This document shows positions 1 through 8,499 of a stretch of 49,446 nucleotides of DNA, in pieces; positions within the stretch are counted from its first letter, which is position 1; every line of letters begins with the position of its first letter. This stretch comes from Pseudomonadota bacterium (lineage in GTDB: Bacteria; Desulfobacterota; QYQD01). Both the position numbers and the translations under genes were made by a program. The notes under the pieces were generated by a model. It was not told the origin of the DNA. It was given only the letters and a program-made list of their open reading frames with translations, and searched no databases. The stretch spans positions 1 to 49,446 of the forward strand of contig DSAQ01000131.1 in assembly GCA_011046395.1 (NCBI GenBank), written 5' to 3'.

Positions 1-62
1 CTAGTGAATGTCATTAGTCAGGAGTTATTTGTCACTGGTAAAAGCAATCAATCTTCCAAACT

Positions 63-107
63 TAACCAATGACCAATGACTAATAACCAGTGACGTTGCC
101 TATAATA
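63..107 (+). repeat. 7-nt-periodic repeat block (AATGACC-like units) ending in TTGCCTATAAT; copy 1 of 2
   Basis: taaccaatgaccaatgactaataaccagtgacgttgcctataat closely matches 3154..3197. Successive heptamers are AATGACC/AATGACT/AATAACC/AGTGACG. It ends in a TATAAT hexamer 25 nt before the PilZ ATG. Confidence 0.6.
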
Positions 108-130
108 CCGGAAAGAGGGCATAGAGTTAG

Positions 131-481
131 ATGAACAGAAAAGAAAGAAGGCGAGTTTCCAGGAAGGCGGTCAGGCTTGAGATCTATTACTCAACCCCAA
201 TGGATATTTTTACCAGTCTCAGCCAAAACCTGAATGAAGGGGGTATCTTTATCGAAACCGACAGGCCGGCCCCTATAGGAACAGTGGTTGAGATAAAATT
301 TTATCTCCCCGGTGACCATAATAAGCCCATCGAGACGCATGGAGTGGTCGTCTGGTCCACCACCAGTCCCCCGCGAAAAGACACCGGGCATCCCCGGGCA
401 GGGATGGGAATAGAATTTGAAAGTTTAAATAACCACGACAAAGAACGAATAAATAAATTTATCAGAGACATGAAGAGCTGA
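131..481 (+). CDS. PilZ domain protein (c-di-GMP receptor type)
   Basis: 116-aa ORF. N-terminal ERRRVSRK (RxxxR-like) and downstream NLNEGGIFI (D/NxSxxG-like) match the two PilZ c-di-GMP-binding motifs. Confidence 0.75.
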   Translation: MNRKERRRVSRKAVRLEIYYSTPMDIFTSLSQNLNEGGIFIETDRPAPIGTVVEIKFYLPGDHNKPIETHGVVVWSTTSPPRKDTGHPRAGMGIEFESLNNHDKERINKFIRDMKS

Positions 482-489
482 TGAGAAGA

Positions 490-589
490 GTTCAAAGTTC
501 CAAGGTTCACGGTTCAAGGTTAAAGAGCGATGAAGATTGATATGAAAAGCGCAAAGTAGCCAACCGTGAACCGTGAACCTGACAACCTG
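490..589. repeat. Inverted array of GGTTCAM heptamers forming a long hairpin; probable bidirectional terminator
   Basis: The left arm gttcaaagttccaaggttcacggttcaaggtt and right arm caaccgtgaaccgtgaacctgacaacctg are imperfect reverse complements built from 7-nt units. The array lies between two convergent genes. Confidence 0.55.
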
Positions 590-600
590 AGTAGTTACTC

Positions 601-1047
601 TTAAACCTTATATGGATTTACGGTCATAACCGGACAAGGAGCGGATTTTACAACCTGTCCGGCAACGCTTCCAAAGATAGCCTTGTCCAGCCCCTTCCGT
701 CCGTGGGTGCCCATAACTATTAGACCAATCCCTTCAGCCGTGACTAATTTGTTTATCTCTTCACTGATGCCACCGATCACGACGCGAGTCTCCAGGTTTT
801 TAAAACCTTCAAGGTGCTCCTCCACAAAGTTCTGCATATTCTTCTCAGCCCCTCGAGCCACTTCGCCTTCAAAGGCAGCCAGCGAGGTATGTGGGATATA
901 ACCAGCATAATGCCCCAATCCCTCAACTACATAAATAAGATACAATTTGGCGTTAAACTTCTCAGCAAGGGTAACCGCATAAGGGACAATTTTCTTTGAA
1001 CTCTCTGAAAAATCAACTGGACACAAAATCTTTTTAATTTCTTTCAT
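601..1047 (-). CDS. Universal stress protein (UspA family)
   Basis: KKILCPVDFSE N-terminal strand and C-terminal GTHGRKGLDKAIFGSVAGQVVKSAPCPVMTV (G-2x-G-9x-G-S/T ATP motif). Start set at ATG 1047, which is preceded by GGAGG; the ORF track extends to 1074. Confidence 0.85.
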   Translation of the reverse strand: MKEIKKILCPVDFSESSKKIVPYAVTLAEKFNAKLYLIYVVEGLGHYAGYIPHTSLAAFEGEVARGAEKNMQNFVEEHLEGFKNLETRVVIGGISEEINKLVTAEGIGLIVMGTHGRKGLDKAIFGSVAGQVVKSAPCPVMTVNPYKV

Positions 1048-1130
1048 GACCGCCTCCAGATTCGTAGTACGCATTTTTACTTACGTTATCAATTGCGGTT
1101 TTGCTTGTCAAGGTAAAAGCCCCTTCTATG

Positions 1131-1260
1131 GAGGCTCTTGCAAAATTGTCTGTCATCCCCGAATGATTCTATCGGGGATATGGTTTTTACTTGAATAAAA
1201 CCAGATTCCCGCTCAAAAGCATTGCGGGAATGACAAAAAATGGAGTTTTATAAGCGCCTC
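1131..1260 (+). mobile_element. MITE-like 130-bp element, copy 1 (terminal inverted repeats, two internal hairpins)
   Basis: About 95 percent identical to 3002..3131 (7 mismatches by eye). The ends gaggctcttgcaaaa / ttttataagcgcctc are inverted. Internal hairpins are tcatccccgaatgattctatcggggata and attcccgctcaaaagcattgcgggaat. No coding capacity. Confidence 0.7.
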
Positions 1261-1267
1261 TATGGTA

Positions 1268-2947
1268 TCAGGATGTGATCGGCAAGTTAACGATGCAGGT
1301 GGTGCCTTCTCCTACTTTACTCTTTATTTCGATAGACCCACCGTGGTCCTCAATTATCTTTCGCGAAATAGCCAGCCCGAGTCCTGTCCCCTTGGGTTTT
1401 GTCGTAACAAATGGGTTAAATATATCCTGAAGCTTTTCACTGGGAATTCCTTTCCCGGTATCCGTGACTATAACTTTGATCATCTGGCCTTCCATATCCG
1501 TGGTAATGTCCAGTTTACCGCCTTGGGGCATGGCCTCGACTGCATTTTTGGCCAGGTTAATAAGGACCTGCTTAATCTGCCGGGGATCAAACGAGCTGGC
1601 CGGAATATCAGACTTCAGTGATTGGGTAAATTCTATCCCCTGTTTTTGAAGCCCTTCGGACATCAAGCTATAAATATCTAACGCCACCTCATTGATATTC
1701 TCTATGCTCTTCTGGGGCTGGGCCATTCTCGCAAAATCTGATACATCGACAAGCAAGCTTTCCAGCCGCTTTATCTCGTCAGTTACGATCTTTAGCTTTT
1801 TTCTATTCGGGTCTTCAGGCCCTAGGGACTCAAAGACCTGTTTGGAAAAACCGCCGATGAGCATAAGGGGGTTCTTGATCTCATGCGCCATATGGGCGGC
1901 GCCCTTGCCGATGGTGGCTAATCTTTCCGCCCGCAGGTTCCTTTCGTACATGCGCTCTAATTCTCCCCTGGATCTCTTTAATTCCGAGACCATATGACAA
2001 AAAGAATCGCCCAACTGAACTATCTCATCCCCCACGTGCTCCTTATACACTGAGCATTCACGACACTCATCAAGCTTGTCCGGGAACTTTCCCATAGGCT
2101 GGCCCTTACAAAGGGTGCCATCGACAAACCAGCACATCACATCGGTGCGCCCATAGGCGGGGCAGTCTTTCTTATCACATTTTTCTATCTCCCAACACTT
2201 TACCCCCTTGCCTAAGTCAAGCTTGACCTCCAGGTTGCCACGGCTGACCTCGTCAGTCCACGCAGTCAGTACGGATATAGGACGGGTGATAGCCTTTGTC
2301 AGCCACTTATTTAAAAAAAAGCCTATGAGGGTGATAGAGATGATAAAATAAAAAAGATCGCGGCGCAGATGGCCACCGACTATTTCTTCAATACGACCCC
2401 ATTTATAACCAACCGTCAAAACCCCCAGGAGCGCTGGCTCTTCTCCATGGCATTTAAAACACGCCTTTTCGTTAGGTATGAGCATGGCATAACGAAGAAC
2501 TTTCTCCGGTTTCTCGGGATGTTCCACCCACCGCATCTCCAGACCCTTGGTCAGCTTACCGGTGCGTAAGGCCTCCAGAGTAATACCAGATTCCGTCACC
2601 CTTCCGATATTGCCTTTTGCCACACCACTATAGCGTATAACGCCTTTGGTATCACACAGATGCACGACATCAATATCTCGTAATGTACGCAGGCGCTCTA
2701 ATATGCTCTGGACCTGCTCCATCTCGCCATCGAGCATCGGATATTCAACGCTCTTCATGACGGTATCACTGGTTTCGGCAGCCTTCCTCTCCTCTTCCTC
2801 CAGGAAATCCTTTCGGTGCGATACTACATCTATATATGTAAAGGTGCCCATGCCTATAAGCAAGATCAGCCCTACACCCAACATAACCTTTACCCGAAGG
2901 CTGCGCAAAAGTAAGAAAGCTTTTAGTTTTTCTTTGAGATGCACCAT
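1268..2947 (-). CDS. Sensor histidine kinase with periplasmic CxxCH site, HAMP, Cys-rich double-CW insert, HisKA and HATPase
   Basis: Two TM segments flank a periplasmic domain of about 155 aa carrying CFKCHG. A HAMP-like linker follows, then KCWEIEKCDKKDCPAYGRTDVMCWFVDGTLCKG...CRECS. H-box is AHMAHEIKNPL; N/G boxes are NLAKNAVEAM, DTGKGI and GTGLGLAISRKI. Confidence 0.9.
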   Translation of the reverse strand: MVHLKEKLKAFLLLRSLRVKVMLGVGLILLIGMGTFTYIDVVSHRKDFLEEEERKAAETSDTVMKSVEYPMLDGEMEQVQSILERLRTLRDIDVVHLCDTKGVIRYSGVAKGNIGRVTESGITLEALRTGKLTKGLEMRWVEHPEKPEKVLRYAMLIPNEKACFKCHGEEPALLGVLTVGYKWGRIEEIVGGHLRRDLFYFIISITLIGFFLNKWLTKAITRPISVLTAWTDEVSRGNLEVKLDLGKGVKCWEIEKCDKKDCPAYGRTDVMCWFVDGTLCKGQPMGKFPDKLDECRECSVYKEHVGDEIVQLGDSFCHMVSELKRSRGELERMYERNLRAERLATIGKGAAHMAHEIKNPLMLIGGFSKQVFESLGPEDPNRKKLKIVTDEIKRLESLLVDVSDFARMAQPQKSIENINEVALDIYSLMSEGLQKQGIEFTQSLKSDIPASSFDPRQIKQVLINLAKNAVEAMPQGGKLDITTDMEGQMIKVIVTDTGKGIPSEKLQDIFNPFVTTKPKGTGLGLAISRKIIEDHGGSIEIKSKVGEGTTCIVNLPITS

Positions 2948-3001
2948 TCAGACCTTCTTTCTGTAGTGAACATCATTTGTCAACGGCAAAAGATATCAAT
3001 A

Positions 3002-3131
3002 GAGGCTCTTGCGAAATTGTCTGTCATCCCCGAATGATTCTATCGGGGATATGGTTTTTACTTGGATAAAACCAGATTCCCGCTCAAAAGCGTTGCGGGA
3101 ATGACAAAAAATGGAGTTTTGCAAGAGGCTC
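3002..3131 (+). mobile_element. MITE-like 130-bp element, copy 2 (same orientation as copy 1)
   Basis: See 1131..1260. The terminal inverted repeat is better preserved here: gaggctcttgcgaaa ... ttttgcaagaggctc. Confidence 0.7.
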
Positions 3132-3153
3132 AATAGTTAACATTTTTCACACG

Positions 3154-3197
3154 TAACCAATGAATGATGACCGATAATCAGTGACATTGCCTATAAA
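3154..3197 (+). repeat. 7-nt-periodic repeat block, copy 2 of 2
   Basis: taaccaatgaatgatgaccgataatcagtgacattgcctataaa aligns with 63..107. It abuts the stop codon of the cytochrome gene. Confidence 0.6.
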
Positions 3198-3641
3198 TCA
3201 GTACCACCCTGGATGTCTGTGTCCGCTATGACAGGTAGTGCAGAGATTTTTAGGAATGGTCAAAGTCCTCTGATGTTCCTCTTTCGTTGGAGCCTTAAGA
3301 TGCAGGCTGGCCGGGCCATGACAGGACTCGCACTGCTTATTAGCCATATGCAGAGTCTCTTCTACGCTGCGAAACCCGCCCGGCTGTCCAAAACCTGTAG
3401 TATGGCAGCGAAGGCAATTCGGATCACGGTCTTTCTTTCTCATCTGGATAATTCGAAAATTCTTGGAGTACTTCCACGTTAAGTATGTCTCTACCTCTTT
3501 AGGGTGACACTCTTTACACTTTGCCATCCCCACATAGGTAGCCTTGCCCTTTGCCGCCTGCGCTGTTTGTGCGGTAAGCGACAAGCCCATACCGTAAGTA
3601 AAAAATAACCAAAAAGCCACTATCATAATAAATATTTTCAT
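3198..3641 (-). CDS. Tetrahaem c-type cytochrome (cytochrome c554-like family), secreted
   Basis: Four CxxCH motifs (CKECH, CLRCH, CESCH, CTTCH). Signal peptide MKIFIMIVAFWLFF...AQAAKG. Start uncertain: ATG 3641 preferred, and the ORF track allows 3689. Confidence 0.8.
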   Translation of the reverse strand: MKIFIMIVAFWLFFTYGMGLSLTAQTAQAAKGKATYVGMAKCKECHPKEVETYLTWKYSKNFRIIQMRKKDRDPNCLRCHTTGFGQPGGFRSVEETLHMANKQCESCHGPASLHLKAPTKEEHQRTLTIPKNLCTTCHSGHRHPGWY

Positions 3642-3966
3642 TATCCCCTGACACCCCCTGTTATTTGTTTTTGTAACCAGTTGCAACATCTATAAATTAT
3701 ACATTAAATGCATTTCCCTCCCCAGTCAAGCCCACAATGAACCATCCACAAATCGGGACTGTAATACCGGGCGTTTTGATCCATTAACAATTATCTATTA
3801 CGCCACAGAAAACCCTTGACTAATGAATGGTTATGGTCTATGAAAATCAAGTATTGACTGATAAACTGCGCAAGCTAAAGTTTGCAGTTACAGATGCAAT
3901 TAATGACTTTGGTAAGGACCTCATTGGTAAGGATGTTTAACGGAGGTTCGGAAAGGAGAGGTTGGA

Positions 3967-5019
3967 ATGGATAAGACTGGCATTAAAAATGGGCCACAGG
4001 CTTTAACAAGCCGTAGAGATTGTCTCAAAATCATAGGGATGCTCGGCCTGGGTATGGCCGTCCCAAGCGTTTGGCCGACATCATCCGAGGCCAAACTTTC
4101 TAACGGTCTTAATCAGGTCAGTAGAACCCTTCCCCTTATGGGCACTTTTGTCAATATAACCGTGCTGCATCCATCTCAGGACAGGGCCATCGAGGCTGTG
4201 GAAAAGGGCTTTGCACGGATGGAGGAACTAGTCAAGGTATTTGACCGCTACTCTAACAGCACCCCGGTATCCTGGTTAAACCATAAGGGACAACTTAAGG
4301 ACGTCTGCCCTGAACTAGCACTGGTTATGAGCAAGGCCGCCTACTTTCATTTCCTGAGCCAGGGTTCTTTTGACATAACAGTGCAGCCCCTTGTTGACTT
4401 TTATAAAGAAGCATTTGCCAAGACCGGCCATGCGCCGTCACCAGAAAAGGTTAAAGAAAAATTAGCCCTAGTTGATGCCGATAAGATACAGTTTAATAAG
4501 CAAGGTATTCGTTTTTTAAAAGAAGGCATGGGCATCACCCTCGATGGTATTGCTAAAGGGTATATTGTTGACGAAGCCGCCAACGCCCTGAAGAAAATAG
4601 GCATACAGTATGCGCTGATCAATGCCGGTGGGGATATACGGGCCATTGGCGGGAACGGCCCGGATAAGTCCTGGAAAATCGGCATTACCGACCCTTGTAA
4701 GCGTAAGGAATATCTACAGATTATACAATTGAATAATGGCGCAATAGCTACCTCGGGTAACTACGAGGTCTATTTTGATCGGGAAAAGCTCTACCACCAC
4801 ATTATTGATACGCATACCGGCCGGTCTCCCAGAAATACTGCAAGTGTAAGTATTACAGCACCCACGGTTATGGAGGCCGACGCGCTTTCCACCACTGTCT
4901 TTGTTGAAGGCATAGAAAAAGGCATGCGGCTTGTGGAGGCATTGCCGAATGTGGAGGCTATGGTAATAATAACCAGCGGGAATAAGAAATTCGCTTCTAA
5001 GGGTTGGAAGACGGCCTAA
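3967..5019 (+). CDS. apbE: FAD:protein FMN transferase ApbE, Tat-exported
   Basis: Twin-arginine motif SRRDCLKI followed by a hydrophobic stretch. ApbE signatures ITLDGIAKGYIVD, LINAGGDI and ATSGNYE. SD ggaaaggagagg lies upstream of the ATG. Confidence 0.9.
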   Translation: MDKTGIKNGPQALTSRRDCLKIIGMLGLGMAVPSVWPTSSEAKLSNGLNQVSRTLPLMGTFVNITVLHPSQDRAIEAVEKGFARMEELVKVFDRYSNSTPVSWLNHKGQLKDVCPELALVMSKAAYFHFLSQGSFDITVQPLVDFYKEAFAKTGHAPSPEKVKEKLALVDADKIQFNKQGIRFLKEGMGITLDGIAKGYIVDEAANALKKIGIQYALINAGGDIRAIGGNGPDKSWKIGITDPCKRKEYLQIIQLNNGAIATSGNYEVYFDREKLYHHIIDTHTGRSPRNTASVSITAPTVMEADALSTTVFVEGIEKGMRLVEALPNVEAMVIITSGNKKFASKGWKTA

Positions 5020-5046
5020 AAAATAACTTATCGATATATCAAAACC

Positions 5047-5089
5047 AAAACGCCAGTCCATGTAACATGAGCTGGCGTTTTTTATTTTT
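5047..5089 (+). terminator. Rho-independent terminator of apbE
   Basis: aacgccagtccatgtaacatgagctggcgtt stem-loop followed by ttttttattttt. Confidence 0.75.
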
Positions 5090-5106
5090 CGACAACAACC
5101 AACATG

Positions 5107-5158
5107 TAGCCGCAACCTTTAGGTTGCGCTGTTATGCGCAGGCTAAAGCCTGCGGCTA
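5107..5158. repeat. REP-like double hairpin
   Basis: tagccGCAACCtttaGGTTGCgc ... gcGCAGGCtaaaGCCTGCggcta: two adjacent 6-bp stem-loops, with outer tagccgca/tgcggcta complementarity. Lies in a convergent intergenic region. Confidence 0.5.
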
Positions 5159-5181
5159 TAAGCTGGCTACAAGCTTATGGC

Positions 5182-6072
5182 TTACGGCACCAACAGCGTC
5201 GGAAGCTCAGATGCCTCGGCTATACGGTGTGAGACACTCCCGATAAAAAACTCCTTAACGCGATCCTTCCCTGTCGTTCCCTGTACAATCATGGTGGAGT
5301 TCAACTCTCGAGAAAGCCGTATAATCTCACTCGCGGTACGCCCGGCGGCCAGATGGGGCTCGGCCTCAAGCCCCGCTTTCTTCAAAGTCGCACAGTATTT
5401 GTCCAGCCTTTCCTTACTTTCCTTCTCTATTCGATATAACTCTGTCTTATCGAGACCTTTGGATATCTTAACCCCAATTACGTGGACCACATCTACTTTA
5501 TCTACAGCGCCCTTCAGGGATGTGATAAATTCAAGCGCATTCTGCGATGGTTTCGACCAATCCGTAGCGAACAAGGGCCTCTGGAAGGGATGTTCATTAA
5601 CACGCCTTACACATTGTCCCTCCATATCACAATAAACCATATACTTGCTTATAAGAACCGGGATGGCCGTACTCCGGCGCAATAAATCAAGGGTATGTGA
5701 ACCCACATAGACTTTTTCCAGGGCTGTCCGTTTTTTCCGTCCGGCTACAATCAGGTTGACCTTCTCCTTTTCAGCAATTCTGACTAGCTTTGGAACCGGC
5801 TCGCCAACCTCGATGCGGATTTTACTGTCCACACCTGCCTTGGACAGGGCCTCCTGCCAATCCTCAAACCGGATCCGGGCCTGCTCCCGCAGACGCTCCT
5901 CTTCATCCTTCATGTAGCCCCCGTAAGGCACAAAGCCCACTTCCTCGCGGGGGATTATGTAGGTGAGGATTATCTCCTTAAGCCCGGCCGCCTTCAAATC
6001 CAGAAGGGACTCCAGGGCGTCAAAGGCCAATTCCCTGAATTTAGTGGCGAACAAAACCTTGGTAAGTTTCAT
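5182..6072 (-). CDS. Tandem-domain universal stress protein
   Basis: About 296 aa with two USP-like halves (KVLFATKF...LIVAGRKKRT...GSHTLDLLRRSTAIPVLI and a second half ending MIVQGTTGKDR...GSVSHRIAEASELPTLLV). Start ATG 6072 is preceded by AAGGAGGG. Confidence 0.8.
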   Translation of the reverse strand: MKLTKVLFATKFRELAFDALESLLDLKAAGLKEIILTYIIPREEVGFVPYGGYMKDEEERLREQARIRFEDWQEALSKAGVDSKIRIEVGEPVPKLVRIAEKEKVNLIVAGRKKRTALEKVYVGSHTLDLLRRSTAIPVLISKYMVYCDMEGQCVRRVNEHPFQRPLFATDWSKPSQNALEFITSLKGAVDKVDVVHVIGVKISKGLDKTELYRIEKESKERLDKYCATLKKAGLEAEPHLAAGRTASEIIRLSRELNSTMIVQGTTGKDRVKEFFIGSVSHRIAEASELPTLLVP

Positions 6073-6082
6073 AGAACCCTCC

Positions 6083-7528
6083 TTATACAAAAAAGATGAA
6101 GCTTATAACAATAAATGTCGAAATCAAAAAGGGAATAGAATACTTGAGCATATACCCGAAGAAACTGGGCATAGGCGTACCTGCTTCCTCAGCGATAGAT
6201 CTTACCATAAAGTTCGGGGCATTGCCAATGTAAGTGCAGGCTCCAAAAAATACCGCGCCGGCCGCGATGCCTTTAAGATATATGTTATTTTCCGCAATCA
6301 AAAGCGGCACGGCCTGCGCCTCGGCCATACCCGGATAGAAACCACCCAGGGCCGTACTGAAGAAAGTCAGATACGTAGGCGCATTGTCCAGGAAGCTGGA
6401 AAGCATACCGGTCATCCAGAAGTAGTGTATGGGCTCCTTAACGGTCTCAATGAGAAAAGCCAGTTGTCCCTTTGCCCCGGCCTTGAGGATCAGGAGACAG
6501 GGAACCATGGTCAAAAATATACCGATGAAGAGATAAGCTACTTCCTGTATAGGAAACCACGTGAAGTCATTGTCTTCCCGGAGTTTCTTGGGGGTAGCAA
6601 TCAGGGATAAAACACCCAGGAGAATCAAAAGGCCGTCCCGCACCCACTCCTGAACACCGCGATGCACACCCAGTACGGATATTTCTCCCCATTTGACCAT
6701 GCCGCTCATCAGCACGGCGCCTACCACACCGCCCAGGAATATAAAGTTATAGATACCTTCGACTTTAAGCGGTTCCTTGACCCCTTCTTCTACCGGGGCC
6801 GTGACACCCTCTTTTTTGTAGAAATAGGTATCGAGAACAAAGTATATCACTAACAATATGCCAACTGCCACCAACATATGGGGCAGGATGTTGAATGTCC
6901 AGAAAAAGGGGACTCCGTGCAGAAAACCAAGAAATAAAGGCGGGTCGCCCAGGGGTGTCAAGGAACCACCGATATTGGCCACCAGGAATATAAAGAAGAC
7001 GACCATAAAGGTCCGGTACTTCCGGTAGTTATTGGCCCGCAGGAAGGGGCGGATCATCAGCATGGCCGCCCCGGTAGTACCCATCCACGAGGCCAGCGCC
7101 GTACCAATGATAAGCATGACCGTATTTACCACCGGCGTACCTCTCAAACTCCCCCGGAGCAGAATTCCGCCCGCTATCGTATAGAGTGCCCAAAGGAGAA
7201 TAATGAAAGGCACATAGTCCGCCAGTATAATGTGCAGAAACTCATAAAGCGCCTGCCCTTTGTACGCAATCAGGAAAGGGATGGCTATGGCTGCGGCCCA
7301 GAAGGCAGAGATCTTGCCGAAGTGATGATGCCAGAACTTCGGTGCGAAGAGAGGAAAAAGCGCTATGGAAAGCAGCATCCCGGCAAAGGGAATGCAGCTA
7401 TAAAGCGGCAGTACCTCACCTAAATTGATTCCGCCATGCCCGTGCCCGGCCTCAGAGGCCAGCGCAACCGATGGGAACACGGTTAGGCATAACAACAAAA
7501 AAAGCAACGACAACTTCCCTCGAGTCAT
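6083..7528 (-). CDS. ArsB/NhaD-superfamily ion transporter (putative Na+/H+ antiporter or CitMHS-like permease)
   Basis: 481-aa polytopic membrane ORF with more than 10 hydrophobic segments and a signal-like N-terminus followed by GHGHGG. The family assignment comes from overall resemblance, not from a diagnostic motif. Confidence 0.55.
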   Translation of the reverse strand: MTRGKLSLLFLLLCLTVFPSVALASEAGHGHGGINLGEVLPLYSCIPFAGMLLSIALFPLFAPKFWHHHFGKISAFWAAAIAIPFLIAYKGQALYEFLHIILADYVPFIILLWALYTIAGGILLRGSLRGTPVVNTVMLIIGTALASWMGTTGAAMLMIRPFLRANNYRKYRTFMVVFFIFLVANIGGSLTPLGDPPLFLGFLHGVPFFWTFNILPHMLVAVGILLVIYFVLDTYFYKKEGVTAPVEEGVKEPLKVEGIYNFIFLGGVVGAVLMSGMVKWGEISVLGVHRGVQEWVRDGLLILLGVLSLIATPKKLREDNDFTWFPIQEVAYLFIGIFLTMVPCLLILKAGAKGQLAFLIETVKEPIHYFWMTGMLSSFLDNAPTYLTFFSTALGGFYPGMAEAQAVPLLIAENNIYLKGIAAGAVFFGACTYIGNAPNFMVRSIAEEAGTPMPSFFGYMLKYSIPFLISTFIVISFIFFV

Positions 7529-7574
7529 AAGTATTCTCCTCTAGTATCCTCTGCAGAATCTTATGGCTTTCCAG

Positions 7575-8015
7575 TTAAGCCACTACCTTTGTAATCTTTG
7601 GATTGTAGGACTGATCTCCGCTATATTTGAGGTGGGCGTAATATTTTAGGCCGATGAAGGTAAGTACGACGAACAAAAGACTAAAAACGGCCCCTGAAAT
7701 ATCCTTATCGCCCAAAACCTGCGAGTGATAACCTATCAGCGCCCCGGCCACCAGACCGGCCAAGGGAACAAGATATAAGATAAAGGATGCCTTTACTCCC
7801 CCCTCCACCTTAAGCGAGACACGCACCCGCTGGCCTTTGGAGGCCCCTACGGTATTTAATGCCGTAAGCACTGTCTCGCCTTCGCCAAGCAGCCCGCACG
7901 TCTTGTGGGTCGAGCAACTGTCACACGCCGGGCTGCGCCTTATCCTAACCTTAGCCTGGTTGCCTTCAACGGCAACTACTTCTCCTTCTTCTTCGCGAAT
8001 ATGGGCCATTCTCAA
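7575..8015 (-). CDS. rseC: RseC/MucC family protein (SoxR-reducing system component)
   Basis: N-terminal beta-rich domain with Cys cluster ACDSCSTHKTCG, followed by two C-terminal TM helices. The typical RseC architecture, and its genomic linkage to rnf/rsx. Confidence 0.7.
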   Translation of the reverse strand: MRMAHIREEEGEVVAVEGNQAKVRIRRSPACDSCSTHKTCGLLGEGETVLTALNTVGASKGQRVRVSLKVEGGVKASFILYLVPLAGLVAGALIGYHSQVLGDKDISGAVFSLLFVVLTFIGLKYYAHLKYSGDQSYNPKITKVVA

Positions 8016-8488
8016 TCCACAACCCAGACCGTACAGTTCCGTACAGAGCTTACCACCTTGTTTGAGACGCTGCCGAACATAAATTCCTTTATTGCAGAAA
8101 CGCCTCTTCGCCCGACAACTATGGTATTATACTTTCCTTCCTGGGCCTCAAGCATAATGTCCCTGGCTATACCGACCTTTTTTACCTGAATCTTGACAGT
8201 TATCCTGTTACCAGAGATACCTGCTTCCTCCATAATTTTCCTGGCTGAAGCCGCAACGGATTCCATCATCTTGCGCTTCTCTTCCGTCAGTCCCTTTAAC
8301 TCCAGCATCTTACTGGCAAAGACGGGATGCAGCGAGGGTTCTTTTTCCAGGCCAGTGCCGGGAGCTTCCGGAAGCACACTGAATAGGGTTACCTCCACGG
8401 CCTTTGGGTTCACGGTATCAGCCACATACCGCACCGCCTTCATGGAATATTCTGACTCATCCATGGCTATCAATATCTTCTGAGACAT
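8012..8488 (-). CDS. Universal stress protein
   Basis: KILIAMDESEYS ... IVVGRRGVSAIKEFMFGSVSNKVVSSVRNCTVWVV (USP ATP-binding motif). Begins 11 nt downstream of rnfB. Confidence 0.85.
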   Translation of the reverse strand: MSQKILIAMDESEYSMKAVRYVADTVNPKAVEVTLFSVLPEAPGTGLEKEPSLHPVFASKMLELKGLTEEKRKMMESVAASARKIMEEAGISGNRITVKIQVKKVGIARDIMLEAQEGKYNTIVVGRRGVSAIKEFMFGSVSNKVVSSVRNCTVWVVD

Positions 8489-8499
8489 TCAACGCCTCC

